Positions 24,919 to 37,266 of a DNA stretch of 64,000 bases are shown piece after piece (positions within the stretch are counted from its first letter, which is position 1; each line of letters begins with the position of its first letter). Both the position numbers and the translations under genes were made by a program. Location: the NCBI RefSeq assembly GCF_009834535.1, contig NC_045698.1, positions 11,410,001 to 11,474,000 of the forward strand, read 5' to 3'. The notes under the pieces are model-generated. The model was not told where the DNA came from. It saw only the letters and a list, made by a program, of their open reading frames with translations, and searched no databases. The DNA comes from Camelus ferus (taxonomy: Eukaryota).

Positions 24919-27074
24919 AGGGGTCCCACATGTTGGAGAATAATTGTGACTCCTAATTGCATTGTTGCAACTAAAAGGTTTGCAGCTCCATACAGCCCTG
25001 TAGCTGTACGAAAACTGAAAAAATGCAATCAGTCATCTGGATTCCTTCAGCAAAAGCCAAACATCTGGATGTTTGGAAATCTACAGTTGAAAAAACACCT
25101 ATTACGTTATCATTATGATTATTACTAAGCTTTTGTGTACTTCATTCCAAGAGTGATCTCAACGTATTTAAAAAGCTGGAAACAGAGTGAAATTGTACCT
25201 TTTTTCTTTTCACTTTGAATCTGATATTTTAAAACAAACGCCAGCAGAGGGGGGATAAAATGTTTACAGTAAAAGTATATATTTTTTAGTATCAGATACT
25301 CTCTCTTAAAATGGTCATAATTAAAGCCACAATAGCACCGAGTTTGTTTGATATCAACCCGTTTGCAAAGTAAAGATTCTTTGTTAGGAGACATAACCAA
25401 CCACAGGATGGTTGGCCACCATCCACATTCATTCGAACTTGACCCCAGTCTGGGTTCTAATGCTGGAAAGAGAACCTTCGAAGTGGATCGTTACTTCTGG
25501 AAGAGGGGTGATGCCCTCCTGGGTTTTGTTGTGGCTGTTAGTCTTAAATGATAGAATGAGGAAATTTGTCCTATAGCAAAACTCTTGGCTGTGATAGCTC
25601 TTCCTGTTCAAAATAATATTGGAGGGCAAAGTTGGGCCCCATATTGAATTCTAGAATGAAAACAGACTGGGGCTGTTAATTCAGAGTCTAGTGAAATAAA
25701 TGTTGGGTTTGTTGTGTCCTCCTTGCAAATGCTAGAACACAAAGTCACTGTTGGTTTGTGGAGTGAACTCCAGCCTGTCTGGGAGCCCCCTCCCACTTAA
25801 TGTTAGAGGACCTTCATCATTATCTAGGAAAAACTGTTGACTGTATAGGTCTCCACTGAGTCTTAGGTGGCTACGCTCACACTGAGCTGCCCGTGCTCTA
25901 GCCCTGCCCCGGTCTGGACCCATCCACACCTCCTCTCAGGTACCATCACTGGGAGAGACATCTTTCCATCCGAGGAAGCCCCTCCTGGCATCTGTTCTGG
26001 AGCCACCTGTCCTCTCTTCTCTGACAGTGCTCCATTGGTTATCTCTCGCCTTATCTTATTTTTAACGTATCTTTTCATCTTTTTTATTTAATATCAAAAA
26101 CTTAGCCAGACACCTCTCATCTTAAATTATCTTCCCCTTTCTCTCTCTCCTTCCTGTCCCTTCCTTTGTCCACTTTCCCTTCTGCAATTCAGGTGTTACT
26201 TTTCCTCCCCCGTACCTTCAGGATCAAGCTCCATATGAGCAGCCTCTCCCAGATCTCTGCCCTCCTGTCTCCGGGAAACGTGTGGGTTCCCTCCGTAGCT
26301 TCCAATCTCAATGTCCCCATTTCATTTCCTATCAACTGAATTCTCTCTTTTCAGTGTTATGCTTTTTTTCTGAGGACTTGACCACATCCCAATATCTAGT
26401 GGTACTTAATGGATTTTTTTCCCCAATAGGAACAATTGGTCAAGAAGGGGAACCTGACCCCACACAGGTCAGTGAAGAGAGACTGGATCCCAGGACTTGA
26501 AGTGGTCCAGAAAAAAAATCTGCTCCTTTTCTTTACAGAAGTCTCAACCCTGGCTGCACCTTAGTGTTATCGAAAGAGATTTTAGAAAGTACTGATGCTT
26601 GCACACCACTGCCCTTCTGCCCTGAAATTTCCCCCTGTCATTTGTCTGGAGTAGTAAGTGCTCCAACAGAAGTGAGTTGCTGTCCCTTTGGAATGCCTTC
26701 TCCCTGATGGCAAGGGTGCCTCTTATTCAACTTTCGTTTCCCATCCATTATACGACATGACACATGGTATGTCCTCAGTAAATCGTTTCTAAATTGGATA
26801 GTTCGCTATGAATTTCCAAAGGTAAGAAATCATTGTCAATTTCATTGATTAGAACCATAATTTTACTTATATTATCAACTAGATATATCTTTACCTTAAA
26901 AAATTTTTTTAGATTATTAGCATCAACCTTTATGTTGTGAAGATTTTTTTTTCTAATTTCATAATTGTGTGCGAACCAAAATCTCCTGTAATTCCTATTG
27001 GAGACCAATCTCAAGTTGCTGTAAAATGACAGCTCTCAGGAAGGTATTGTACCACAAGGAGTCCATTCATTCTA

Positions 27075-27230
27075 TGGTCAGATGTCCTGGGCGTGGAATT
27101 CCAGCTCTGCCACTTACTGCCTGTGGGGTGTTGAGCAATTCACTTAAGGTCTCAGAATGTCATTTTACTTAGTCATGAAAATGAATAACTCAGCCGTGGT
27201 GAATGCATGTGGGACACTTGCTAGGTGGCC
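27075..27230 (+). mobile_element. MIR fragment
   Basis: gaattccagctctgccacttactgcctgtggggtgttgagcaattcacttaa. Confidence 0.65.
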
Positions 27231-27959
27231 GCCATTGTAGCCTTTCCCTTGGCTGACCCTCACAGCCCTCCCAGGGAGGTAACATCTTCATCAGTATCGT
27301 CATCATCACCACCATCCCTGCTGTACATACTCAGAAAGGGAGGATTAAAGACAGTTCACGCTTTGAAGGATGAAAGAAATTCCAGAGTCCCCATTTATAA
27401 CCACCAAAACGTCAGGAGTGACTTTTCTGAGATTTCAGGAGGATGAGTTGAAAGTGCCCTCGAAAGTCCTCGTGTTGCCCTGACCCGAGTGGCACCTGGA
27501 TGAGCTCATCTCTCATTTCTCAGTTAAAAAGAACTACAGAGCCCCGATTAACGTCAGTCTAGAGGATGGACATGAAGTCGTGGCATTTTAGACCGCGCTC
27601 TTTGGGCTGCCTCAGTAAAACTCATCCCGTGTGGAGTTTGATGTGGGTTAGGCTGAACCCAAAGGATGTCCTTCAGAAAGTGTGCCAAGGTGAATGTGCA
27701 GAGCCAGACAAGGAGGGTGACAAGACCGCTCTCTGATGAACAAGCTTGGCTGGCCTTTCCTTAGGAGGAATTCCTATCAACCCTAGTTTACAAAGCCCAG
27801 GTGTTTCTCCAATCCCTATTTCAGTGGGGTTCATTTTTTAAATTACTACACTCAGCAAAATAACAGTTTCCCATTGGTTCTGCTTCCAAATAGCATTAAC
27901 ATTCCATTGATTTACTCTTTTTTCTCTTAGTGGCTATTGAGATTTGTGTAGTAATGTTA

Positions 27960-28350
27960 TAACATATATTGCGTATTGCACATACCACACACTGTTCTAA
28001 AAACTCTAGATATATATTAAGTCATTTATTTTTCACAATAACCCTATTTGCCTCCATTTTATGGATGAAGAAACTGAGGCACATAGAACAAGGTTTCTCA
28101 GATGTCACTGTGCATCAGAAGTCACCTAGAGGGCTTGTTAAAGTAGATTGCTGGACCCCACTCCCAGAGTTTCTGATTCGGGAAGGCCAGAGTATGGTCT
28201 GAGAATTTGCATTTCTAGCAGGTTTTCAGGGGAGGCTAATGCTGATGCTGCCATTCCGGGGACCACTTGACAGCCACACAGCTAGTAAGTATTAGAGGCT
28301 GGATTTGAACACAGGCAATCAAGTTGCAGAAGCCTTTGTGTTACCTTGTG
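27960..28350 (-). mobile_element. MIR interrupted by MER5A
   Basis: ccattttatggatgaagaaactgaggcacataga, then the MER5A insert, then cacacagctagtaagtattagaggctggatttgaacacaggc. Confidence 0.8.
28089..28277 (+). mobile_element. hAT-Charlie MER5A
   Basis: gtgcatcagaagtcacctagagggcttgttaaag...ccagagtttctgattc...gagaatttgcatttctagcagg...gctgatgctgcc...ccggggaccac. Confidence 0.88.
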
Positions 28351-29415
28351 TTATAACTAGACAGGACTCGTATGCCTTCACAAGAAGAATGCTCGTTTCC
28401 ATATAAGGCAATTTCTACTTTTCTGCATATAAACATGGATGTTTGCATGGATGTCTGTGCATATGTGTGGATGAATATTCACGTGCATGTAATATCCAGA
28501 CACTCTGGTCTGGTGAGTCCAGTTCTGTATCAGCAGAGAATGACCATTAGCAAATTCTTTAATCATTCTTATACTTACTTTAACAATTATAATCATTAGT
28601 TTGTTTTAATAACAGATCTCTGAGCTCATCACAGTCATTTATGACCTGTTATTTGGAAATAACGGGCCTGCGGTTCAAAAGCATGTGTAATCTCATACTT
28701 ACTTCCTAGAAGTAAATCAGACTCTATGCAATTTGACATAATGACAAGTGTAATTAATGCATTAGAATCCTAGATTCTCAGTCATCAACTCCAGTCTCTC
28801 ACCAGATTCATAAATCTCTGAGGTCTGTGAATGAAGCGTGGGCAGCCGTTGCCTGGAAACTTCCCAAGCTCTCTGACTCAGTTGTGGGCAGCTCCACTTA
28901 TATGAAACTCTTCCCCACAGATCCCCCAACCCTGGTCTCCTCTGAGCTCCGTCTGTCCGAGACCTGTGCTTCTCTGGCGACACACACGTCTTTCTCATGC
29001 TTCGCTTGACACCGGCTCAAGTGTGCAAAGACTCTTACCCCGAGAATTCTAGTCCTCAAGCTACACCTGCCCTCTGATTTCAGCGACTCCCCATACACCA
29101 AACCATCTTCCTGCCTCCTGCCCTGCCTGCCCTGGGCGTGCTCTAACCTGGAACAGTCCCCTCTCTCAAATATAGAGTCCCAAAGTGAATGAAATATTCC
29201 AGAAGATAGCCAAGAAGAGAATCATAGCCCTTGATCTGGAAGTGGATGCTAAGATTAAATGTAAACCATTTTTCATTGGCAGTTTCCAAGATACATTTTG
29301 CAAATGTCTTGTTCCCACCTGGCTGTGGCTCATTTTCTCAGATTGGAGGGTGGGGCTTCCTGGCACTGGCTGTGATGCCGAGGTTGTCCATTTGTTTGTT
29401 CTGGTTGTGACTGTG

Positions 29416-29429
29416 GCGCCCTCTGCTGG
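29416..29429 (-). promoter_or_regulatory. Consensus CTCF core motif
   Basis: Minus strand CCAGCAGAGGGCGC is a 14/14 match to CCASYAGRKGGCRS, lies in non-repeat DNA and retains its CpG. Confidence 0.6.
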
Positions 29430-31898
29430 TCCTCACAGCTCTTAACGTTTGCATTTTCAAAAAAAAAAAAAAAAGCTAACCGCGATTCAAGGAGAACGTA
29501 ACATCTGTTGATTTAAAACAATGATGATTTTCTTCCTCATGGTAGACAAACACTGTAAGCCTCCTTCACTAGTGTTGTTTAGTCTAAATAACCCAGTTTC
29601 ACTGCTGACTGATGTTGGAAACATGGGTTTTTTGTGTTTTTTTTTAACGTTAGCTGTTTGGAATTGATCTAACAGAACAGTTTCAGGGTCCTCTTAGTAC
29701 TATTTAAAAGCTGTTACCTTGAATTATAAATTATCAGAGCTCAAAGACATTTTTTAAATGATCAGACTGGTATTTTCACAGATGCAAAACCAAGGTTCTG
29801 AAAAGTTAGAAGATTTTCCAAGAAGCATGAGCAGTGTCAAAGCCATTCTGTGAGTTTCAGATGTGAACCTAATTCATTGTGATATGTTTTTATTTTAATA
29901 AATCAAATATATTAACTTTGGAACATCAGATACCATAAACTTTCTGGGTTTTTTATTTTAAGCCAAAATAAATAATAAACATTTAGTTAAAATTTTGTAG
30001 TAATTTAATTATTTTGACATTTATTTAATAAAATCCATAAGCTACGATGAATCCCTAAAAAGTCCAATTTTCAGCATTTATTTTCTTATGTTTTCTTGTT
30101 ATGCTTGCTAATGCAGCTTCTGACAGAAGTAAACATATTAATAGAACTGCTGTAGCCACTTTCATTCGTATATGATTACTAGAAACCAAAGAAAGTCTGG
30201 AATTGGTCCATAAATGTTAATATTATCTGAATTGAGTCCAGTAAAATCATCTTTATGTGGGAAAAAAAATGACTTTATATGGAATATAATGTCTCGATCC
30301 AATAAAACACCACGTATGTTGCTGTAAAATACTGAATAGGTCTTACAACTCCTAACTAAAGTAACTTTGCAATTCACTTATTTAGGATTATTTGAGGTTT
30401 TCTCTGGCTTCTGGACAACAGAAGGAAGGATCATATAGGCATTTGAAAGAAGTAGACCTGTCATATTTCTATCAGAAGCAGAAATTATTCCAGTTCCTAT
30501 TGTAAAATATAAAGCTCTGAGAACTTTAAGTGTTTCCTAATTTCTGAATTTGTATGCATTCGGGTCAGTGGAAGGCATTATCATTTTTTTCTCTGGACAC
30601 TATCCCAGGTCACTTGCAATTTTGCTAAACCTATTATTCAAAAAATTTGAAATGCAAATAGGTAAAAGTAATTCCATCTAACAACTTAAGCTGTAGAAGT
30701 AGAATTCTTTAGAGCAAGAGGGGATGGTGCAGTTGTCAACTTCAGTTGTCCCTTGAGAGGTAAAAAATAAGAAGAAACTCAGCAATTTGATTTGCCCAAG
30801 TAAGAAACAAAGCCAAGGGCAAACCCAGGTTCTGTTGATCCCCAGGCCAGTGCTCACTGCACTCTGCCTAAAGTACATCATCTAAGCCTCCTTACGGAGC
30901 GTTCAGTGAGCTGAAAATCACAGGAAACGTGTTACGGAAACTTGAGGACACAGTTCACATTTCTTCCCTAGTTAACATGGGCCAGGCTGAAAATAAAGAC
31001 TTCTCTCCAGAGCAAAATTAAATGTACCGAAGCCAACCCTTTGTGATATTTTTGGTCTATCTGACCAACAACTGAATCAGTTAATTCTTTTGCAAAGTCT
31101 TTATTTCCCATTCCTTAGGTGCAAACAAATCTAGTTGAAAATACTAAAGAAAATTTACATTTCAAAAGATTTTAAAGACACATCAGTTAATACGGAACAT
31201 CTAACGTTGGCAAACTCTTTGCAAATGTAGATGAACTTTTAAGACTAGAACTTTGAGAAAAATAGCAGTTATAGGGTGCTTTTAAGTTCAGTCTTTTAAG
31301 TACAGGGTGAGGAAAGGTAGCACCAGCCTCTTCTGTGACCCTCTCTGCTCTGTCCATCATGCGCTAAGGTCTAATCTTAGGCCTACTCTGTTTCAGAAAA
31401 AGAAAAATATAATATTAAGAAGCAGAGAGTCCTGAAATAACAGAGTTTAACTGTGTTCCTTATACTCGTCTCTTGAGAGGTATTCTCCTCTGGGCTGTCT
31501 CTGTGGTTTCATTTTTTCAGACGAGGAATGTGGTCAAGGAATGGTGGCTCTGGCTGCCTACTGAGGGTAAGAGGCAGGGTTCTCTCCATTTATTTCATAA
31601 TCAATTTCACCTACAATAACCTTCCCAGCCTCCTCCCTGATGAACGCTCCCTTGTTCGTTAAGATTTAGTTTAGCCACATCTCTTCCATGAAGACCTTCT
31701 TGTAGTCCCTGACATTGAGATAGTCTTAACTGCTCTGCACTCACATAGCTGCGGTGTGTATTAATTCAGTGTATTACACTTAAATGTGTATGTATCCTTC
31801 TAGATCTGACACATACTAGGTGCATAATAACTGGAATTATGTTCAAACAGGAATCTTCATTTTGGCAGTTGTAGGTGCTCATTTAAATAGCTTATGTC

Positions 31899-32392
31899 TT
31901 TTTTTTTTTTTTTTGATTCCACATGTAAGTGATATCATATGGTGTTTTTCTTTCTCTTTCTAGCTTACTTTACGTAGAATGACATTCTCCAGGCCCATCC
32001 ATGTTGCTGCAAATGGCATTATTTTATTGTATTTTTATGGCTGAGTAGTATTCCATTGTGGAAAAAAAAAAACCTTACCTACAAAGCAGAAACAGACTCA
32101 CAGACATGGAAAACAAACTTATGGTTACCGGGGTTGGGTAGGGGGAAGTGGGTGGGAAGGGATAAAATGGGAGATTGAGATTTGCAGATACTAACTACTA
32201 TATATAAAATAAACAACAAATTTCTACTGTATAGCACAAGGAACTATATTCAAGATCTTATAGTAACTTATGGTTAAAAAGAATATGAAAAAAATATATG
32301 TATGTTCCTATATGACTGAAGTATTGTGCTGTACACCAGAAATTGACACAATATTGAAAACTGAGTATACTTCAATAAAAGTATTAACAAAA
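31899..32392 (+). mobile_element. Young L1 with a 5' inversion (twin priming)
   Basis: 31899-32060 is antisense ORF2 end; 32061-32392 is sense 3'UTR and tail. TSD taaatagcttatgtc (31884-31898) / taaatagcttatatc (32393-32407). Confidence 0.92.
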
Positions 32393-32719
32393 TAAATAGC
32401 TTATATCAGACAAATAGCATGTCTAACCATTTGGCTATTAAGGGCATGCATGGTAGCCAGTTTGTCTTGGAAGGCTCACCCAGAATTTAACTGCTTAAAA
32501 TTCAGTATTCTGTGAGTATCTTAGTGACTACAGTGGGCAGCAATTGGTCACACCTGCTGTGGATATTTTCCAAACTAAAAGTATACACAACACTCCATGC
32601 CAAAGAGCGGTAAGGACCTTGATCAAGCATTTGTCCTGTGCTCAAGCAGCTCAGAACTGTTTCCTGGGGGAAACATGGGCCCTTTCCACTCTCATGAGGG
32701 GGAAGCCATCTAAGCTTGG

Positions 32720-32905
32720 GGGGTCCAGGTTTAAAATACTTGATTTCATAAGGGAATGTTCACCTTAATTTTCTGTGCTTCCATTTTCACACCTGTGGAA
32801 TGGGGATAATAACAACCTCATGAGGTTACTGTTGGGAATACAAACACATAAAAACCTGTTAAGTGCTGACATGGTGCTGTGTAGGTGTTGCTGGCTGTTA
32901 TTAAT
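32720..32905 (+). mobile_element. MIR
   Basis: ctgtgcttccattttcacacctgtggaatggggataataacaacctcatgaggttactg. Confidence 0.65.
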
Positions 32906-32917
32906 ATAAGATTGAAT

Positions 32918-33129
32918 TAAGGTTGCCAGATTTACCAAATAAAAATATAGGATACCCAGTTAAATATGGGATACCCAGTTGAATATAAAATACCCAGTTA
33001 AAACAACACATAATTTGTTCATTACAAGTATCTCCCATGCAATGTTTGGGATATACACATGCTAAGAAATCATTGGCTATCTGAAGTTCAGCCTGAACTG
33101 GGTGTCCTGTCCTTCATCTGGTAACCCTA
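32918..33129. mobile_element. hAT palindromic MITE, MER53
   Basis: Termini taaggttgccagat / atctggtaacccta, internal inverted arms ggatacccagtt / aactgggtgtcc, 8-bp TSD gattgaat/ggttgagt (6/8). Confidence 0.85.
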
Positions 33130-34135
33130 GGTTGAGTGAATGAATAAACCTTAGTTGGAATTTAGGAATGTAGCTTTAAAGAGTTGTTTTTAATCAACCA
33201 AACAGAATGCACAAATTTCCTCCAGCAGGGACCTTCCCTCACTAATGGAACACCTTCTGAGATGTTTTTTGACCTGTCACCCTGTTGGCTCAGGTCAGGA
33301 GGTAGGAGGTGCCTGAAGTAAATAAGGAATCCTGGGTGGGCCAAAGGGTCAGAGTTCTGGGGCACCCTGGGGGTGTTCTTTGCCAAGGTTTAAGTTTAGA
33401 TTTAGTCTCTGACCTGCCATGGTATGTTGGAAAGGCCAAAGAGAATTGGTGGTAGAAATCTTACAGTGCTGTCCAGAAGAGTGCCACTCTGGGGATAACT
33501 GGTCCATAGTGTTCACCAAATGATTTGTCAACTGACCAGGAAACAATTTCACTGGATCTGAGAAAGGATTAGAGACAAAGCAACCAATGCCACAAGGAGC
33601 CTGTCCGCGTGAACCTGCCTGCCTCGCTTACTACTTGTCCGTTTCTCAGAAGTTTTCTGGGCTTGAGTTATTAGAATTTTTAATGACATGGCAAAAGTGA
33701 GGTATGAGAAAAGATCAATATTAGTCATATACTCTTAATTTAATGGTGATTTATGACCTTCAGAAGCCTGGGCCACTGCCCTGGATTATTAGGTTTTTAA
33801 TATGGCTTTCTTTATAGAGTTGCATTAACTAACTAGTTAACAGTGAATTTTCATATTATTATTTAATAGTGACCTTAAATTAACCCTTCAAACTTCAGAG
33901 CCATCTTAAGCCTTTCTTTTAACCCTTGTCTTCTATAGTAATTATTTTTGATTTTTTTACTGCAGCTCATTGGTTACCTTTTTATTTGTGTGTTTGTTTA
34001 TCTATTTGCTAAGCCATTTATCCCTGGAAAGTTGTAACTACAAAAATACTAAATTTATAGGCTTTAAAAATGTTTTTTCTTATACTTTTGGAAAGCTGGC
34101 AGCTGCTATTCAAGTCCATCTAAAATTCACATTTC

Positions 34136-34335
34136 GGGGAGGAGGGTATAGCTCAGAGATGAAGCGCATGCTTAGCATGCACGAGGTCATGGGTTCGATC
34201 CTCAGTACCTCCATTAAGTAAAAATAGTAATAATAAATAAATAAATATATAAAACTAATTACCCCCCTAAAAACACACAATAAAATAAAATAAAATAAAA
34301 TAAAATAAAATAAAATAAAATAAAATAAAATAAAA
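34136..34335 (+). mobile_element. tRNA-Ala-derived camelid SINE (vic-1 type) with (TAAAA)n tail
   Basis: GGGTATAGCTCAG...GCATGCTTAGCATGCACGAGGTCATGGGTTCGATCC. About 12 TAAAA units at 34281-34340. TSD taaaattcacatttc (34121-34135) / taaaatccacctttc (34336-34350). Confidence 0.93.
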
Positions 34336-34362
34336 TAAAATCCACCTTTCAAAACCATCTCC

Positions 34363-34480
34363 GGGGGTGGGGAGTGTAGCTCAGTAGCAGAGTGTGATTG
34401 GTGTGTACAAGGTCCTAGATTCAATCCCCAGTGCCTATGTTAAGAGGTTAAAAAGTACTCAAGAAATAAATGGTTAAAAT
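34363..34480 (+). mobile_element. Second, more diverged tRNA-derived SINE
   Basis: ggggagtgtagctcagtagcagagtg...aaggtcctagattcaatccccagtgcc followed by an A-rich tail. Confidence 0.8.
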
Positions 34481-35007
34481 AATACATTTTTCCACTTTTA
34501 CATTTTTTTCCTAATGTTGGGAGTCACCCAAGTAACATATGGTAATGATTTAGGATTCTGAATCATATACAATTATTTTCATCTTAATAGCATTGGCTCT
34601 CATTGCTTTAAAATTCACCAGTTGGCATATAAGTTTGCCAGTCCAAACTCAGTCTGTATTTTCCTAGAAGTGCTCCCGAAAGTATGAATATGAATTGTTA
34701 TTCCACAGTCGGGCCATAACTTTGAAAAGTAGAGCATCAAATTTTACTTTTGAAATATTACTGTTTTATTAGCAAATTAATAATACATGGCACTTGGATA
34801 TTTCCTGTGTAAGGATCCCAAAAAGGGACTGCCCTCTTCTGTTAATATAATGTGATTATTCCAGTAATTTAAATTAAAACTGAAATTCAAATCATTGGCA
34901 TCTTGAAATGTACTCAGAGAATTACGAGCGGGGTGGGCAGTGAACAAAGGTACACCTGTGTAGCTTGTCTCTTGGTCACATCTCTCCCTGTTTAAAATCC
35001 TCCCCTG

Positions 35008-35248
35008 CAAGGCTGGATTAATCCTGAAGCCAACGAGGCTTACACTGTGGTGTCCCTACTTGGCTGGGTCCTTCCAAGGTCCTGGGAAAGATCTAGAAAT
35101 GGATTCATTTAGGCTTCAGAAAATTTTGCAGAAGGAAGGTGTTTTGCCATCATAGGTGAGACTCCAGTCTCTTTTCTCTCCAACTTGAAAGAAGACGCCC
35201 CGCAAACTGCACAGAACTCAGGCCCCCCCACACTGGGGTCCACCCCTG
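35008..35248 (+). mobile_element. hAT-Tip100 element (MER115/Zaphod-like), internally deleted
   Basis: Ends caaggctggatt... and ...gggtccacccctg. Internal tgaagccaacgaggctta, ccttccaaggtcctggga and tcaggcccccca resemble the remembered consensus. Confidence 0.5.
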
Positions 35249-35884
35249 TTCCCAAGATAGAGCTTATTGTTTTAATTACGTATCCCGGATTAGAAGGGAG
35301 GTTGAGGATTTTTTAAGCTATGTGTGTTCATCACAGTCGCATGTTGGCCTTGGAGCGAGTTTTGGTCTCCATCAGCTATGCCCCAGGGGAGACAGGGATG
35401 GTGAGGGAGGCCCCCTGGAACCCAGCCAGGCCCCTCCCTCCTCTCCTCTCTTCCCTTGTGCTTTTAGGACAGACTTCCCTCCAACCTTTTTGCCTGGAGA
35501 CACTCAGACAGGAAGTTCTCTGTCCTGGCCTCTGGCTCATTCTCAGAATCTGAGGCCAAAAGATGAGACGTGATGGCGACCTTAGCATGTGTTCCTCTAA
35601 TAAAAGTACTGTGATTACAGCCATCACTGGAAGGTGCATGAGCTGCTGATGTTGGCTGCCATGGTGACGGGGGCGTGGGGTTGTCACCCGTCTTCCCACC
35701 CAGCCCTCGCCTGCCTGGCTAACTGGGTGCTACCTTGTTGGAGATGCTGAGGTGAAACAAGGGCAAGAGAGGGGTTGTTATGAAGCAGGGAGAAGCTGTG
35801 CAGCTCCCCGTGTTTTCACCTTCGCCCGGGATGTCTCAGAGTCCAGGACTACATTTTCCATCCAGTCACCTGACTATGCTGGGG

Positions 35885-36135
35885 AGAGGCATGCGGTGAA
35901 GCAGGAAGAAGGTTCTGGAGCCAGATGTCCTGACTTCAGATCCAGGCTCTGTTTCTTACTTGTTACGTCAGCAGACACCATAATTGCTCTGTACCTCACT
36001 TTCCACATCAGCAAAATGGGGATATAAAGGGATACACCATGGGCCATGGTGAGGGTTAAATAAGTATCATAAGACACACAGCACTGAGGCTGACACACGG
36101 GAAACACGTATCAAATGATGACAAATACTGTTATC
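35885..36135 (+). mobile_element. MIR
   Basis: ttctggagccagatgtcctg...ctctgtacctcactttccacatcagcaaaatggggat...gtgagggttaaataag. Confidence 0.75.
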
Positions 36136-37169
36136 CTTGGTCCAGGTTTCCTGCCTCCGTTATTCCTCTCCCTTACTTGCTTATTCTAGCACTGTTGGTT
36201 TCAGTGGTATAGCTAAGCTTTTTATTACAGTCATAGTGACTCATTTTTAAAAATGAGAAGGGCCTAAATGAAATAAAGCAGCATAAAGGATACTGATTGG
36301 ATTTCTTTAAAGAAGTAACCCTTGGAGTTAAACAAAGTGCATAACACTCTACTCCTGTGGAATGCAGGGTCCTTCAAAACCTGGGAACTCATTCAGTTTT
36401 TCTTGGAGAAGAACTTGAGGAATTTTTTTATGAAAAGTAACAAATTAGGAAACTGTATGTCATGATTCTGGCTTAAACACAGCTGGTGTCAGCCTATTCC
36501 TGGTTTCAGGATCTGAGGAATGATGGGCACGGGTCGGGGCAGGGAGATAATAGTTTCTTCCTTCCTTATCCTGGGGGTAAGGCGAGACCAAGCAAAATTT
36601 CAGAATAGTCCAAGTCCGTCTTCCCTACCTAGCCACCTGCTTCTGCAGACTTTCTTCTTCTACCTTGTGGCTTTTGTGCCAGTTCCTTGCTCACTACAGC
36701 CTGTCTCCAGTCAGGACATCATCTATGAGTCAGAATTGCCAGTCTGCTCACCGCCCAACATCAAAAGTGAGTGCCCCTGGCTGACTGCTGTGAACCACTC
36801 CTAGGAAGCAAACAAGCTGATTTATCTGGGGCCAACTCCACCACGATAAACTTCACTTTCCTGGCTGTATTTGCATCTTAAGGTGATATTTGTTTACTTA
36901 CACACAAAAATTTTGTTGGAAAAAATTTTAGAAATGACAATATAAAAAATTGAATGTAGTCATTCTGGAAAATATGTAGGGATAGAGGAGGGAAAAGGTA
37001 ACCAGGGACAATCATCTTTGCTTGGATGTCTGCTCACCGAAGTCCCCACCTCTGGCTCTGCACCAGTGTCCTCTGAAGGCTCCAGGTTCACTGAGAGCCT
37101 GCTTTCCTCCTGTGTCCCAGCATCAGCCTCCACGAGGGGACATGGGGGGCACCCTTGTTTCCATCAAGT

Positions 37170-37266
37170 CTCAGTGGAAGAAGGAATACATCTTTATTGT
37201 TTGAACCACTTAGATGCTGGGGCTATTTGTTACTGCAGCGCAGCCTAGCTCATCTTGACTGATACA
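37170..37266 (+). mobile_element. Old MaLR LTR 3' fragment (MLT1J/K-like)
   Basis: ctttattgtttgaaccacttagatgctggggctatttgttactgcagcgcagcctagctcatcttgactgataca. Confidence 0.65.

Noticed and set aside
26779..26827. 43-nt exon ending at AAG/GTAAGA (frame KSFLNWIVRYEFPK)
   Set aside because: Weak acceptor, no recognisable homology and no partner exons.
32943..32999. CRISPR-like array or iteron
   Set aside because: Contiguous 19-bp units with no spacers, inside a MER53 element in mammalian DNA.
34139..34212. tRNA-Ala(AGC) gene
   Set aside because: The D-arm is altered, and the sequence continues into a SINE body, A-rich tail and TSD. It is a SINE head, as are those near 2965-3037 and 63345-63418.
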